A stretch of DNA of 64,000 bases from Acidimicrobiales bacterium (GCA_036493595.1 DASXPN010000106.1:11662-75661); one strand, 5' to 3'. Positions 19,173 through 28,627 are shown, counted from the stretch's first letter. A program made the numbers and translations. Notes: generated from the letters alone by a model not told the origin.

Positions 19173-20581
19173 TGATTCGGGAGGCGCCGGCCATCGCAAC
19201 ACAGACAACGATCGGCATCGACATCGGTACGACGTCGGTGAAGGCGGTCGCGGCGGACGGCGACGGCAACGTGGTTGCGGCGAGCCGCATCCCTCACGGC
19301 GCCAAGGTCCCCGGACCGGAAGCGCTCGAACATGACGTGGAGATGGCGTGGCGCGACGGTGTGCGACGCGCGTATGCGGACGTGAGTCGCGATGTCGACG
19401 TCGTCGCAGTGAACGTCGCGGCCATGGTCCCATCGCTCGGCGCGTTTCGCGCCGACGGCTCCGCCGCCGGGCCGGGTTTGCTGTACGGCGATCATCGCGG
19501 GCGCCGGCCCGGTAGTGCGGACGGCGGCAACCCGGCCGAGAGTGGCGAGCTGTTGGGGTTCCTCGGTTGGCTGCACGCCAACTGTCCGGACGCGGAGCGG
19601 TTCTGGCCCGCCCAAGCGGCGGCCAACTACGAGCTGTCCGGCCGGCCCGCACTCGACACCACGACCGCGTTCACCGCGTACCCGTTGTTCGACGGCGCGC
19701 AATGGGATCCGGCGCTGTCGGCCGAAGCCGGCGTCGAACCCGCGCAGTTGCCGGAGATCGTGTCGGGCGTCGACCCGGCGGGCAGAGTCGGTGGTGGCGC
19801 GGCTGGTCCCGATCACGATGGGCCGTTACTCGGGGGCGGGACGATCGACGCGATGGGCGAACAGATCGTTGCGGGTGCTGACGAGATCGGCGATGTCCTC
19901 GTCATCTGCGGCACGACGCTCATCACGTGGGCGGTGATGGGGGAGGAGTGGATCGAGAGGCCCGGGCTCTGGACCATCCCGCACACCGCGCCCGGCAAGT
20001 TGTTGATCGGCGGACCGTCGAACGCCGGCGGGTTGTTCCTCAACTGGGCCACTGCCCTGGCCGGCAAGGGTGGCGACGACGATGCGGTCGACCCGTCGGA
20101 CGTGCCCGTATGGCTGCCGTACGTGCGCGGCGAGCGCACGCCGTTGCACCGCCACGATCTGCGGGCGTCGTTGCACGGGCTGAACCTCACGCACGGCCCC
20201 GCGCACGTCCGGCGCGCCGCGTACGAGGCCGCGGGGTTCGTCGTCCGCCATCATCTCGATCTCGCGGGCGACGCGATCGCGCCGAGACGTCTCGTCGCGA
20301 CGGGCGGCGGCACTCGTGTCGAGCCGTGGCTGCAGGCGCTGGCGGACTGCACCGGTTTGCCGGTGGACGTCGTCGCGGTGCCGGAAGGGGCGGCGTTGGG
20401 GTCGGCGTTCATCGCCCGGTGCGTCGCGGGCCTGGAGTCGCAGATGAGCGACGGCAGCCGGTGGGCACGCGTTGCGCGGCGAATCGACCCCGATGACCGA
20501 TGGGTGCCGCGAGTGGCGGAGCGATACGACGACTTCCTTACGCAGACCACACGCGCGGCCACTGGCAGCGACGTAATCTGA
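19172..20581 (+). CDS. FGGY family carbohydrate kinase (xylulokinase-like)
   Basis: GIDIGTTSVKA, GGTIDA, LPYVRGERTP, ATGGG; exact start uncertain. Confidence 0.88.
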   Translation: MIREAPAIATQTTIGIDIGTTSVKAVAADGDGNVVAASRIPHGAKVPGPEALEHDVEMAWRDGVRRAYADVSRDVDVVAVNVAAMVPSLGAFRADGSAAGPGLLYGDHRGRRPGSADGGNPAESGELLGFLGWLHANCPDAERFWPAQAAANYELSGRPALDTTTAFTAYPLFDGAQWDPALSAEAGVEPAQLPEIVSGVDPAGRVGGGAAGPDHDGPLLGGGTIDAMGEQIVAGADEIGDVLVICGTTLITWAVMGEEWIERPGLWTIPHTAPGKLLIGGPSNAGGLFLNWATALAGKGGDDDAVDPSDVPVWLPYVRGERTPLHRHDLRASLHGLNLTHGPAHVRRAAYEAAGFVVRHHLDLAGDAIAPRRLVATGGGTRVEPWLQALADCTGLPVDVVAVPEGAALGSAFIARCVAGLESQMSDGSRWARVARRIDPDDRWVPRVAERYDDFLTQTTRAATGSDVI

Positions 20582-20594
20582 CGCGCATGTCAGG
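20577..20594. promoter_or_regulatory. TGAC-N6-GTCA operator TCTGACGCGCATGTCAGG
   Basis: Spans the FGGY stop and the first ATG of the P450. Confidence 0.65.
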
Positions 20595-21816
20595 TACGAG
20601 TCTCGACGCATTGGGGGACTCGTTCGACGCGATGGCGCAGTTCACCGACACGGTCGCGGGCGATCTCCGCGACCCGTACCCGGGCCTGGCCGAGAAGCGC
20701 CGCACGGCGCCGGTCGAGGTGGTGGACGTCGTCGACTTCGGTGGCGCGCCGCAGACGGTGTGCAACGTCTACACGTACGACGACTGCGCGCAGGTGCTGC
20801 GCGACAACGTCACGTTCTCGTCAGGCGCGATCCGCGACTTGATGGAGCTGGTGATGGGTCCGTTCGTGCTCGTCGGCATGGACGAACCCGAGCACCGGCG
20901 CCATCGCAACCTCGTGAGCGCGGCGTTCCGGCACAAGGCGCTGATGCGGTGGGAGACCGAGGTCGTCGAACCGATCATGCACGATCTCATCGACACGTTC
21001 GGCCATCGCGGTTCGGCGGAGCTGGTTCGCGAGTTCACCTATCGCTTCCCGGTGCAGATCATTGCCGAGATCCTCGGCGTTCCTCACGAGGACCACGAGC
21101 ACTTCCACGAGATGGCGGTGTGGGTCGTCAACGTCGCCGCCAATCCCGAGCGCGGCATTCAGGCGTCGCGTGACTTGCGTGAGTACCTCAGCGTCGTCGT
21201 CGAGCAGAAGCGTGCGCATCCAGGCGACGACGTGATCAGCCTGCTCGTACAGGAAGAGCTCGACGGTGAGCGCCTCGACGACGAGGAGATCTACTCGTTC
21301 CTTCGTCTGTTGTTGCCCGCGGGCGCGGAGACGACCTACCGCGCGACGGGCAACTTCTTGTACGGCCTGCTGAGCCATCCCGATCAGCTCGACGCGCTGC
21401 GGGCCGACCGCTCGTTGATGGCGCAGGCGGTCGAGGAGGCGATCCGCTGGGAGACGCCGTTGCTCATCACGAGCCGGTTGGCGACCTGCGACACCGTCAT
21501 CGGCGGCGTCGAGGTGCCGGCGGGCACGATGGTGACGCCGAACATCGGCTCCGCCAATCACGACGAGTCGCGCTGGGATCACGGCGACGACTACGACCTG
21601 TTGCGCCCGGTCGTCCCGCACATCGCCTTCGGCGTGGGGCCGCACATGTGCCTCGGCATGCACCTCGCCCGCATGGAGATGGCTTCGGCTGTCGCAGCAT
21701 TGCTCGAGCGCTGCCCAGGGTTGCGGTTCGATCCGGACGCGTTCGAGCGTGACGATCCCCACGTCCACGGCGAGCGCTTCCGTTCGCCGACCGCGTTGCC
21801 TGTGACCTGGAACTGA
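20587..21816 (+). CDS. Cytochrome P450
   Basis: AGAETT (I-helix), EAIRWE (ExxR), FGVGPHMCLG heme ligand; true start may be the ATG at 20632. Confidence 0.95.
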   Translation: MSGTSLDALGDSFDAMAQFTDTVAGDLRDPYPGLAEKRRTAPVEVVDVVDFGGAPQTVCNVYTYDDCAQVLRDNVTFSSGAIRDLMELVMGPFVLVGMDEPEHRRHRNLVSAAFRHKALMRWETEVVEPIMHDLIDTFGHRGSAELVREFTYRFPVQIIAEILGVPHEDHEHFHEMAVWVVNVAANPERGIQASRDLREYLSVVVEQKRAHPGDDVISLLVQEELDGERLDDEEIYSFLRLLLPAGAETTYRATGNFLYGLLSHPDQLDALRADRSLMAQAVEEAIRWETPLLITSRLATCDTVIGGVEVPAGTMVTPNIGSANHDESRWDHGDDYDLLRPVVPHIAFGVGPHMCLGMHLARMEMASAVAALLERCPGLRFDPDAFERDDPHVHGERFRSPTALPVTWN

Positions 21817-21823
21817 GCGTCAC

Positions 21824-22582
21824 ATGCTCGAGGGCAAGGTCGCGCTCATCACGGGTGCCGCCTCCGGACAGGGGCGCGCCGCCGCCTCGCTGTTCGGCTG
21901 GCACGGCGCGTCGATCGCCATCGTCGACGTCGACGACCGGCGCGCGGCCGAGACGGCCGAGATCGTGAAAGCACAGGGAGCCCGCAGCGTCACGATCCAC
22001 GCGGACGTCTCCGTACGGCCGGACTGCGATCGCATGGTCGCGGAGTGCGTCGGAGCGTTCGGACGACTCGACATCCTCTACAACAACGCGGCCGTGCAGA
22101 TGTCCGGACGCTTGGTCGAGTGCAGCGAGGACGACTGGGATCGCACGATGGCCACGAACCTCAACGCGGTGTTCTGGGCGTGCCGCGCCGCGTTGCCGGT
22201 GATGCTCGACCACGACGGCGGCTCGATCATCAACACCGCGTCCGTACTTGGCCTGATCGGGTCGGAGGGGTACGTCGCGTACGGCGCGGCGAAGGCCGGC
22301 CTGGTGGCGCTGACCCGGCAGATCGCGGTCGAGTACGGCCCGCACATCCGCGCCAATGTCATCGCCCCCGGCTCGATCGACACGCCGCGGTTCCGCAAGG
22401 TGGCCGAGGAGATGGACGACACCGACGGGTTCCTGTCCGGACTGGCACGGGTGATCCCGTTGCAACGGTTGGGCACCGCCGAGGACGTCGCCAACATCGC
22501 CCTGTTCCTCGCGTCGAGCCAGTCGGCGTACGTGTCCGGTGCGGTCATCCCCGCCGACGGCGGCCTGGCGGCTCTCCGATGA
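21824..22582 (+). CDS. SDR family oxidoreductase
   Basis: TGAASGQG, YNNAA, YGAAK. Confidence 0.93.
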   Translation: MLEGKVALITGAASGQGRAAASLFGWHGASIAIVDVDDRRAAETAEIVKAQGARSVTIHADVSVRPDCDRMVAECVGAFGRLDILYNNAAVQMSGRLVECSEDDWDRTMATNLNAVFWACRAALPVMLDHDGGSIINTASVLGLIGSEGYVAYGAAKAGLVALTRQIAVEYGPHIRANVIAPGSIDTPRFRKVAEEMDDTDGFLSGLARVIPLQRLGTAEDVANIALFLASSQSAYVSGAVIPADGGLAALR

Positions 22583-22595
22583 CCGCGGCACCGCG

Positions 22596-23321
22596 ATGAA
22601 CGGAGAGGCTCGGCCCGTCGCGCTGGTGACGGGTGCGGCGTCCGGCCTCGGTGCCGCCATCAGCGACTGGTTGTGCGGTGACGGCTACGAGGTCGTCGGT
22701 GCCGATCTCGATCCGGTGCAACCGTGGATCGAGCGGTGCGACGTGCGCTGCGACCACGACGTGCGCGGCATCGTCGACGCGGCGGCGGCTCGTGGTCCGC
22801 TGCGAGCGCTCGTGCTGAGCGCGGCCGTGGAGACTCGTTCGCCGGTCGTGGACTGCACGGACGACGACTGGCAGCGCGTGCTCGATACGAACCTCAAGGG
22901 CGCGTTCTTGTGCATGCGTCACGCGGTGCCGGCGATGGTCGCCGCCGGTGGCGGATCGATCGTCGCGCTGGGGTCCACGCTCGGCTCCATCGTGGCGCCG
23001 CACTACCCGGCGTACTGCGCGTCGAAGTTCGGCCTGACGAATCTGTGCAAGCAGGTCGCCATCGAGCACGCGGCGGACAACGTGCGGGTCAACGTGCTCT
23101 CGCTCGGCCCGACGGACACCGGTCTGTTCGTGCGTCTGACCGACATGGCGCCTGATCCCGGCAAGGTGCGGGCGGGCGTGGCCGCCAACCTGCCGATGCG
23201 CCGCCTCGGCCGGGCCGACGAGGTGTGCGCGGCCGTCGCGTTCCTCCTGTCGGACGCAGCCGCGTTCACGAGTGGCGCGGTGCTGCCCCTCGACGGCGGA
23301 CTCGCAGCCCGGCGGATGTGA
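22596..23321 (+). CDS. SDR family oxidoreductase
   Basis: TGAASGLG, YCASK, VRVNVL. Confidence 0.92.
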   Translation: MNGEARPVALVTGAASGLGAAISDWLCGDGYEVVGADLDPVQPWIERCDVRCDHDVRGIVDAAAARGPLRALVLSAAVETRSPVVDCTDDDWQRVLDTNLKGAFLCMRHAVPAMVAAGGGSIVALGSTLGSIVAPHYPAYCASKFGLTNLCKQVAIEHAADNVRVNVLSLGPTDTGLFVRLTDMAPDPGKVRAGVAANLPMRRLGRADEVCAAVAFLLSDAAAFTSGAVLPLDGGLAARRM

Positions 23322-24364
23322 CGTTGGCGGTTCAGGGCTTCCGCGTGCTGGACGCGGATGCGCACGTGATCGAGCCTCCCGAGGTCTTCGCGGGGTGGAC
23401 CGACAACCCGCTGCCCGCCGACCTTCCTCCGGACACGCCGCTCGTCCCGTGCGGTGACTTCGACTTGGTCGCCGACCAGTTCGCGCACGGCTTCGACGCG
23501 CCGTCCTACGTGCGGGCCATGGACGCGCAGGGCATCGACGCGGTCGTGCTCTATCCGTCCATCGGATTGTTCGTGCCATACCTGCCGTCGCTCACTGCCG
23601 ATGAGTCCGCAGCCGCGTGCCGGTCCTACAACGACTGGATCGCCGGCTACTGCGCCCACGAACCGTCCCGCATGACCGCCGCCGCACTGGTGCCGTTGGC
23701 CGACGTCGACCTCGCGGTCGCAGAGGCGAAGCGGGTGCACGACCTCGACCTCGTCGGAGTGATGGCGCGGCCGAACCATCTCTACGGACGCAACCTCGGC
23801 GACCCGTACTACGACCCGCTGTGGTCGGTGTGCGCCGACCTCGGGCTCACCGTGTCGGTCCACGAAGGGCTCGGATTGCAAGGGCCGACGATCGGCTCCG
23901 ATCGCTTCTCCGGTTTCGCGGCGCGCCACGCGCTCTCGCACCCGATGGAACAGATGGCGGCGATGGCGTCACTCGTGATCGACGGCGCGCTCGACCGTCA
24001 TCCCGGGTTGCGCGTCGCGTTCCTCGAGTCCGGCACCGGCTGGCTGCCGTACTGGCTCGCTCGTCTCGACGACCATCTCGAATGGCTCGCACCCGATCGC
24101 ACCTCCGCCACCGCGTTGTTCGACACGCACTGCGTCATCTCGTCGGAAGCGGACGACGATTGCATCGGCATGGTCGTCGATCGCGTCGGCCCCGAGTACG
24201 TCGTGTGGGCCAGCGACTTCCCTCATCCCGACGCGGTGTATCCGGGGGCAGCGGAGGAATTCCTGCGGGAATGCCAGGAGCAAGGCGTCGACGAAGACGA
24301 CGCCCGGGTGATCCTCTGGGACGCCCCCCTCGCGTTCTACGACCTCGAGTCCCGTTTCACCTGA
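23318..24364 (+). CDS. Amidohydrolase family protein (amidohydro_2 type)
   Basis: LDADAH, VLYPS, VHEG, FLESG.GW, SDFPH; GTGA overlap with the upstream SDR. Confidence 0.9.
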   Translation: MTLAVQGFRVLDADAHVIEPPEVFAGWTDNPLPADLPPDTPLVPCGDFDLVADQFAHGFDAPSYVRAMDAQGIDAVVLYPSIGLFVPYLPSLTADESAAACRSYNDWIAGYCAHEPSRMTAAALVPLADVDLAVAEAKRVHDLDLVGVMARPNHLYGRNLGDPYYDPLWSVCADLGLTVSVHEGLGLQGPTIGSDRFSGFAARHALSHPMEQMAAMASLVIDGALDRHPGLRVAFLESGTGWLPYWLARLDDHLEWLAPDRTSATALFDTHCVISSEADDDCIGMVVDRVGPEYVVWASDFPHPDAVYPGAAEEFLRECQEQGVDEDDARVILWDAPLAFYDLESRFT

Positions 24365-24386
24365 GTCGCAAAGACGGCATTGCTCG

Positions 24387-24434
24387 AATGTTGGTTCTCT
24401 TGCGGGGCCATGGCCCCGCAATGGACCCGGAGTC
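24387..24434. repeat. 48-bp hairpin repeat, copy 3
   Basis: AATGTTGGTTCTCTTGCGGGGCCATGGCCCCGCAATGGACCCGGAGTC between convergent amidohydrolase genes. Confidence 0.9.
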
Positions 24435-24442
24435 GGCGAGGG

Positions 24443-25522
24443 TCAGAGACGGTAGAGGGCTCGAGCGTTGGCGCCGAGGAGCTTGGCGGTCACGTCGTCA
24501 CCGAGTGAGGCGGTGAGGCGGCGGACCTCGTCGACGGTGCCGGGGAAGTCCGAATCCCAGTGGGGGTAGTCGGACGCGTACACGAGCCAGTTGTCACCGA
24601 GCTGGTCGACGCAGGGGACGAGCATCGGTTCCTCGGCTTCGAAGCTGAAGAAGCACTGGCCACGGGCGAGCAGCTCGCGAGGGTCGGACTTCATCGCGGG
24701 CACGAGGTCACCCCGCTTCTCGTAGTGCTCGTGCATGCGGTGGACGAAGTAGGGGACCCATCCCGTCCCCGATTCGAGGAACGCCACTCGCAGCGTCGGG
24801 AACCGGTCGAGCACGCCTCCCATCGCCAGCGCGGTGAACGCGACCATCTGGTCGAGCGGGAACGACAAGCAGTGCACTTGCGCGTAGTTGTCGAAGCGTT
24901 CCGCGCCCGGCAACGGAAGGTTCATGCCGGGCGCGCTGTGCACCGCAACCGCGAGGTCGAGCGACGCGCAGGCTTCGAAGAACGGAAGCAGTGAGGGGTC
25001 ATCGAGATTGGAGTCACCGATGACCGGCGGCACGGTGATCGCCACGGCGCCGATGCGGGCCGCCCGTTCGACCTCCTCGACGGAGCGCGCGACATCCTGC
25101 AGCGGCACGGTCGCCACGCCCTTCAAGCGGTTCGGGTGGTGACCGCACACCTTCGTGAGCAGCCAGTCGTTGTAGGCGCGGGCGACGTCGAGCGCGAAGC
25201 CGGCGTCGTCGTACGACGTGAGCCCGATGATGAGGCCGCCGAACAGCACCTGCACGTCGATGCCCTCGCGGTCCATGTCGGCGAGGCGCTGATCGAGATC
25301 GCCCGCGCCGGCCGCGCACGCGGGACTGATGGCCGACTCGATGGGGACACCGCATCCCGGCCCCACCTGCGTCGGGTAGAGCTTGCCGCCGATCTTCGCC
25401 ACCCAACGATCACCCGACGTGCCCGCGGACAGCCACCCGGGATGCAACTCGCCGAGCTCGGTCCACGCCATCGGGTCCTCGTTGACGTGCGCGTCCGCAT
25501 CAATTATTTCGCTTCGGCTCAC
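24443..25522 (-). CDS. Amidohydrolase family protein (amidohydro_2 type)
   Basis: IDADAH, AVH, FLESGTGW, SDYPHWD. Confidence 0.9.
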   Translation of the reverse strand: MSRSEIIDADAHVNEDPMAWTELGELHPGWLSAGTSGDRWVAKIGGKLYPTQVGPGCGVPIESAISPACAAGAGDLDQRLADMDREGIDVQVLFGGLIIGLTSYDDAGFALDVARAYNDWLLTKVCGHHPNRLKGVATVPLQDVARSVEEVERAARIGAVAITVPPVIGDSNLDDPSLLPFFEACASLDLAVAVHSAPGMNLPLPGAERFDNYAQVHCLSFPLDQMVAFTALAMGGVLDRFPTLRVAFLESGTGWVPYFVHRMHEHYEKRGDLVPAMKSDPRELLARGQCFFSFEAEEPMLVPCVDQLGDNWLVYASDYPHWDSDFPGTVDEVRRLTASLGDDVTAKLLGANARALYRL

Positions 25523-25723
25523 TTCGTTCGCCTCAGTGCCGGCCGCTCGCTGGCGCTACCACGGCCGGCCTGTGTTCGTGTCGCTCGGCTCACTTCGTTC
25601 GCCTCAGTGCCGGCCGCTCGCTGGCGCTACCACGGTCGGCCTGTGTTCGTGTCGCCCGCGCGACGGCGATCGCCTGCAGTGCCGGCCGCTCGCTGGCGCT
25701 ACCACGGCCGGCCTGTGTTCGTG
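25515..25723. repeat. Three tandem copies of a 47-bp hairpin core (period 71-72 bp)
   Basis: Core CAGTGCCGGCCGCTCGCTGGCGCTACCACGGCCGGCCTGTGTTCGTG at 25534, 25605 (one substitution) and 25677; stem GCCGGCCG/CGGCCGGC. Confidence 0.92.
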
Positions 25724-25757
25724 CCGCCGCGCGCCTGCGGTCGTCTCGGCCGTCAAA

Positions 25758-25775
25758 CCTGACATCACCGTCAGG
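25758..25775. promoter_or_regulatory. TGAC-N6-GTCA operator CCTGACATCACCGTCAGG
   Basis: Immediately followed by -10-like TAGTGT, upstream of the ferredoxin operon. Confidence 0.75.
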
Positions 25776-25799
25776 TAGTGTGCTCAACGAGGGAGTTCG

Positions 25800-25991
25800 A
25801 TGCCACTTTCGATCAACGTCGACCGCGAGAAGTGCATGGGATCCGGCAACTGCGCCTTCCACGCACCCAACACGTTCGACCTCGACGACGACATGAAGGC
25901 GTTCGTCGTCGACGCCACCGGCGATCCCGAAGACAAGATCCGCCTCGCGGTCGACGGCTGTCCCACGCTCGCCCTCTCCCTCGAGGCCTAG
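25800..25991 (+). CDS. Ferredoxin (3Fe-4S/4Fe-4S, P450-partner type)
   Basis: 63 aa; CMGSGNC...APNTF...AVDGCP; RBS GAGGGAG. Confidence 0.92.
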   Translation: MPLSINVDREKCMGSGNCAFHAPNTFDLDDDMKAFVVDATGDPEDKIRLAVDGCPTLALSLEA

Positions 25992-26008
25992 GCGACGAGC
26001 GGTACTCG

Positions 26009-28111
26009 ATGACACTCGGTATCGGAGAGGATCACCTCGCGCTGCACGACACGGCGCGCCGTTGGGTTGCCAAGCACTGCCCGCCCTCGGTGCCGCGTGC
26101 GTTGCTCGACGCGGACGACGAGACCATGCCGCCCTTCTGGCCGGACCTCGCCGCGCTCGGCTGGCTGGGCCTCCATCTGCTTGAGGAGGTCGGCGGATCC
26201 GGCTACGGACTGACCGAGCTCGCGGTCGTCCTCGAGGAGCTCGGCCGCGCCTGCGCGCCCGGACCGTTCCTTCCGACCGTCCTCGCCGCGGCAGTGATCG
26301 ACGCGCTGGCCGACGACGACATCCGCCGCGCCCTCCTACCGTCGCTCGCCGACGGGTCGACGACGGCCACGGTCGCGTTCGCGGGCGAACGCCAGCCGGT
26401 GCTCGGCGCCGCACTCGCTGATCTCGTCATCGTTCCCGCGCCGGACGGCTGGCACGTCGTACGCGCCGGCGATTGCGTGATCGCGCCCCGCGTGAGCGTC
26501 GACGCCACGAGGCGGGTCGCCGATGTCGATGCGACGAACGCAGCGCCGGTCGCGTTCCTCCGCGATCCCGACGGCGCCACCGTCACCGATCTCGCGCTGA
26601 CCCTGCTGGCCGCGGAGTGCGCAGGCGGCGCCGCATGGTGCGTCGCGACGGCCGCGGAGTATGCGCAGGTGCGCGAGCAGTTCGGTCGCCCGATCGGGCA
26701 GTTCCAGGGCGTGAAGCACCGGTGCGCCGACATGCTGCTCGCGCTCGAGCAGGCACGAGCGGTCGCGTGGGACGCGGCCCGTCCGTCCGCCACCACCGAC
26801 GAGCGCGCGTTGGCTGCATCGGTCGCCGGCGCGATCGCGCCGGAGGCGTTCTTCCGCGACGCGAAGGACTGCATCCAAGTGCTCGGTGGCATCGGGTTCA
26901 CGTGGGAGCACGACGCGCACCTGTACCTGAAGCGAGCGACCGCGTTACGGGCCCTGATCGGTGGCGGCGCCCACGAGTGGCGGCGGCGCACGATCGCGCT
27001 GGCGCGTGCCGGCGCGCGCCGCGAGCTCGCCGTCGATCTGCCCGAGGACGCGGCACCGTTCCGCGACCGGATGCGAGCCGAACTCGCTGACGTCTCGTCG
27101 CACGACAAGTCCGAATGGCGATCGTTGCTCGCGGATCTCGGCTACCTCGCGCCGCACTGGCCGAAGCCCTGGGGCCGCGACGCCAGCCCGGTCGAACAAC
27201 TCGTCATCGACGAGGAGATGCGCGCCGCCCACCTCCGCCGCGCACACCTGCAGGTCGGCGCGTGGGTGTTGCCGACACTCATCGAGCATGGCACCGCCGA
27301 GCAGCAACAGCGATGGATACCGCCGACGCTGCGAGGCGACATCTCGTGGTGCCAGCTGTTCAGCGAGCCCAGCGCCGGCAGCGATCTCGCGTCGCTGGCG
27401 ACCAAGGCCAGCCGCGTCGACGGTGGTTGGCTGCTCACCGGTCAGAAGGTGTGGACGTCGATGGCGAAGGACGCGCAGTGGGGCCTGTGCCTCGCCCGTA
27501 CCGACCCGACCGTCCCGAAGCACGACGGCATCAGCTGCTTTTGTGTCGACATGTCGGCGGACGGCATCGAAATTCGTCCGCTCCGCGAGCTCACCGGTTT
27601 CGCGATGTTCAACGAGGTCTTCTTGTCGGACGTGTTCGTGCCCGACGATTGTGTCGTCGGCGCGGTCGACGACGGTTGGCAGGCCGCACGCACGACGCTG
27701 GCCAACGAGCGCGTGTCGATGGGATCGGGCTCGTCGTTCGGCTTCGGTGTCGAGATGCTGCTCGGCATGGTCGATCTCGACGATGCCGTTGCGGTCGACG
27801 AGGTCGGTGCCCTCGTCGCTGAAGCGCACTCGATCGCCGTGCTCGGCTTGCGGATGACCGCCCGCGCGGTGAGCGGCGCCGACCCCGGTCCGGAGTCGAG
27901 TGTGCGCAAGCTGCTCGGCGTCGAGCACGATCAGCGCGTGCAGGAGGTCGGGCTCGGTCTATTGGGTGCCACGGCCGCCGCCAACGACGGCGACGCCGCC
28001 ACCTGGATCGGCGCCTTCTTCGCCAACCGCTGCCTCACCATCGCGGGTGGCACCAGCGAAGTGCAACGCAACGTCATCGCCGAGCGCCTGCTCGGCCTCC
28101 CCAAGGACTGA
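26009..28111 (+). CDS. Two-domain fused acyl-CoA dehydrogenase (FadE34/ChsE3-like architecture)
   Basis: N-terminal short ACAD (R.QFGRPIGQFQ, GGIGFTWEHD) followed by a complete ACAD (CQLFSEPSAGSDLA, GQKVWTS, LANER, AGGTSEVQRN). Confidence 0.9.
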   Translation: MTLGIGEDHLALHDTARRWVAKHCPPSVPRALLDADDETMPPFWPDLAALGWLGLHLLEEVGGSGYGLTELAVVLEELGRACAPGPFLPTVLAAAVIDALADDDIRRALLPSLADGSTTATVAFAGERQPVLGAALADLVIVPAPDGWHVVRAGDCVIAPRVSVDATRRVADVDATNAAPVAFLRDPDGATVTDLALTLLAAECAGGAAWCVATAAEYAQVREQFGRPIGQFQGVKHRCADMLLALEQARAVAWDAARPSATTDERALAASVAGAIAPEAFFRDAKDCIQVLGGIGFTWEHDAHLYLKRATALRALIGGGAHEWRRRTIALARAGARRELAVDLPEDAAPFRDRMRAELADVSSHDKSEWRSLLADLGYLAPHWPKPWGRDASPVEQLVIDEEMRAAHLRRAHLQVGAWVLPTLIEHGTAEQQQRWIPPTLRGDISWCQLFSEPSAGSDLASLATKASRVDGGWLLTGQKVWTSMAKDAQWGLCLARTDPTVPKHDGISCFCVDMSADGIEIRPLRELTGFAMFNEVFLSDVFVPDDCVVGAVDDGWQAARTTLANERVSMGSGSSFGFGVEMLLGMVDLDDAVAVDEVGALVAEAHSIAVLGLRMTARAVSGADPGPESSVRKLLGVEHDQRVQEVGLGLLGATAAANDGDAATWIGAFFANRCLTIAGGTSEVQRNVIAERLLGLPKD

Positions 28112-28113
28112 AT

Positions 28114-28521
28114 GTGTCAACGCCTCGATTCGACCTGCCCACCCCCGACCTCGAGACGCAGCCCTACTGGGACGCGGCCCGAGAGCATCGGCTGCTCATC
28201 ATGCGCTGCACCGCGTGCGGCACGGCGTTCTTCTACCCGCGGCCGTTCTGCCCGTCGTGCTGGAGCGATCAGGTCGAGTGGGAAGAGGCGAGTGGCCGCG
28301 GGACGCTCTACACGTACTCGATCGTGCGCCGCAACGACCTCCCGCCGTTCGGTGAGCGCGTGCCCTACGTCGCGGCGATCGTCGATCTCGACGAGGGCCC
28401 CCGCATGATGACGAACGTCGAGGGTTGCGACGAGGCCGACCTCCACATCGGCATGCCCCTCGTCGTCGACTACCGCGAGGAGACCGACGAGTTCACGTTC
28501 CCGATCTTCCGACCCGCGTGA
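28114..28521 (+). CDS. Zn-ribbon/OB-fold protein (DUF35)
   Basis: RCTACG..F.YPR..CP.C, GTLYTYSIV, PYVAAIVDLDEGPRMMTN. Confidence 0.92.
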   Translation: MSTPRFDLPTPDLETQPYWDAAREHRLLIMRCTACGTAFFYPRPFCPSCWSDQVEWEEASGRGTLYTYSIVRRNDLPPFGERVPYVAAIVDLDEGPRMMTNVEGCDEADLHIGMPLVVDYREETDEFTFPIFRPA

Positions 28522-28580
28522 GTGAGCGTGCAGCGCACAGCCCGCCGAGCGACCGCCAGGGAGCCGGACGCCGATGGGGT

Positions 28581-28599
28581 TCGGGGGCGCAGCCCCCGA
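28581..28599. repeat. REP-like GC hairpin TCGGGGGC-GCA-GCCCCCGA inside a 106-bp intra-operon gap
   Basis: Perfect 8-bp stem; resembles common actinobacterial GGGGGCGCAGCCCCC-type intergenic repeats; single copy in the window. Confidence 0.5.
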
Positions 28600-28627
28600 G
28601 AAGCCCGGTTCGGTAGGGTGCGCGGCG

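Noticed and set aside
25515-25723. CRISPR array
   Set aside because: There are only three units, the 47-bp repeat is longer than the 24-25-bp spacers, the spacers resemble each other and the leading flank, and no cas genes are in the window.
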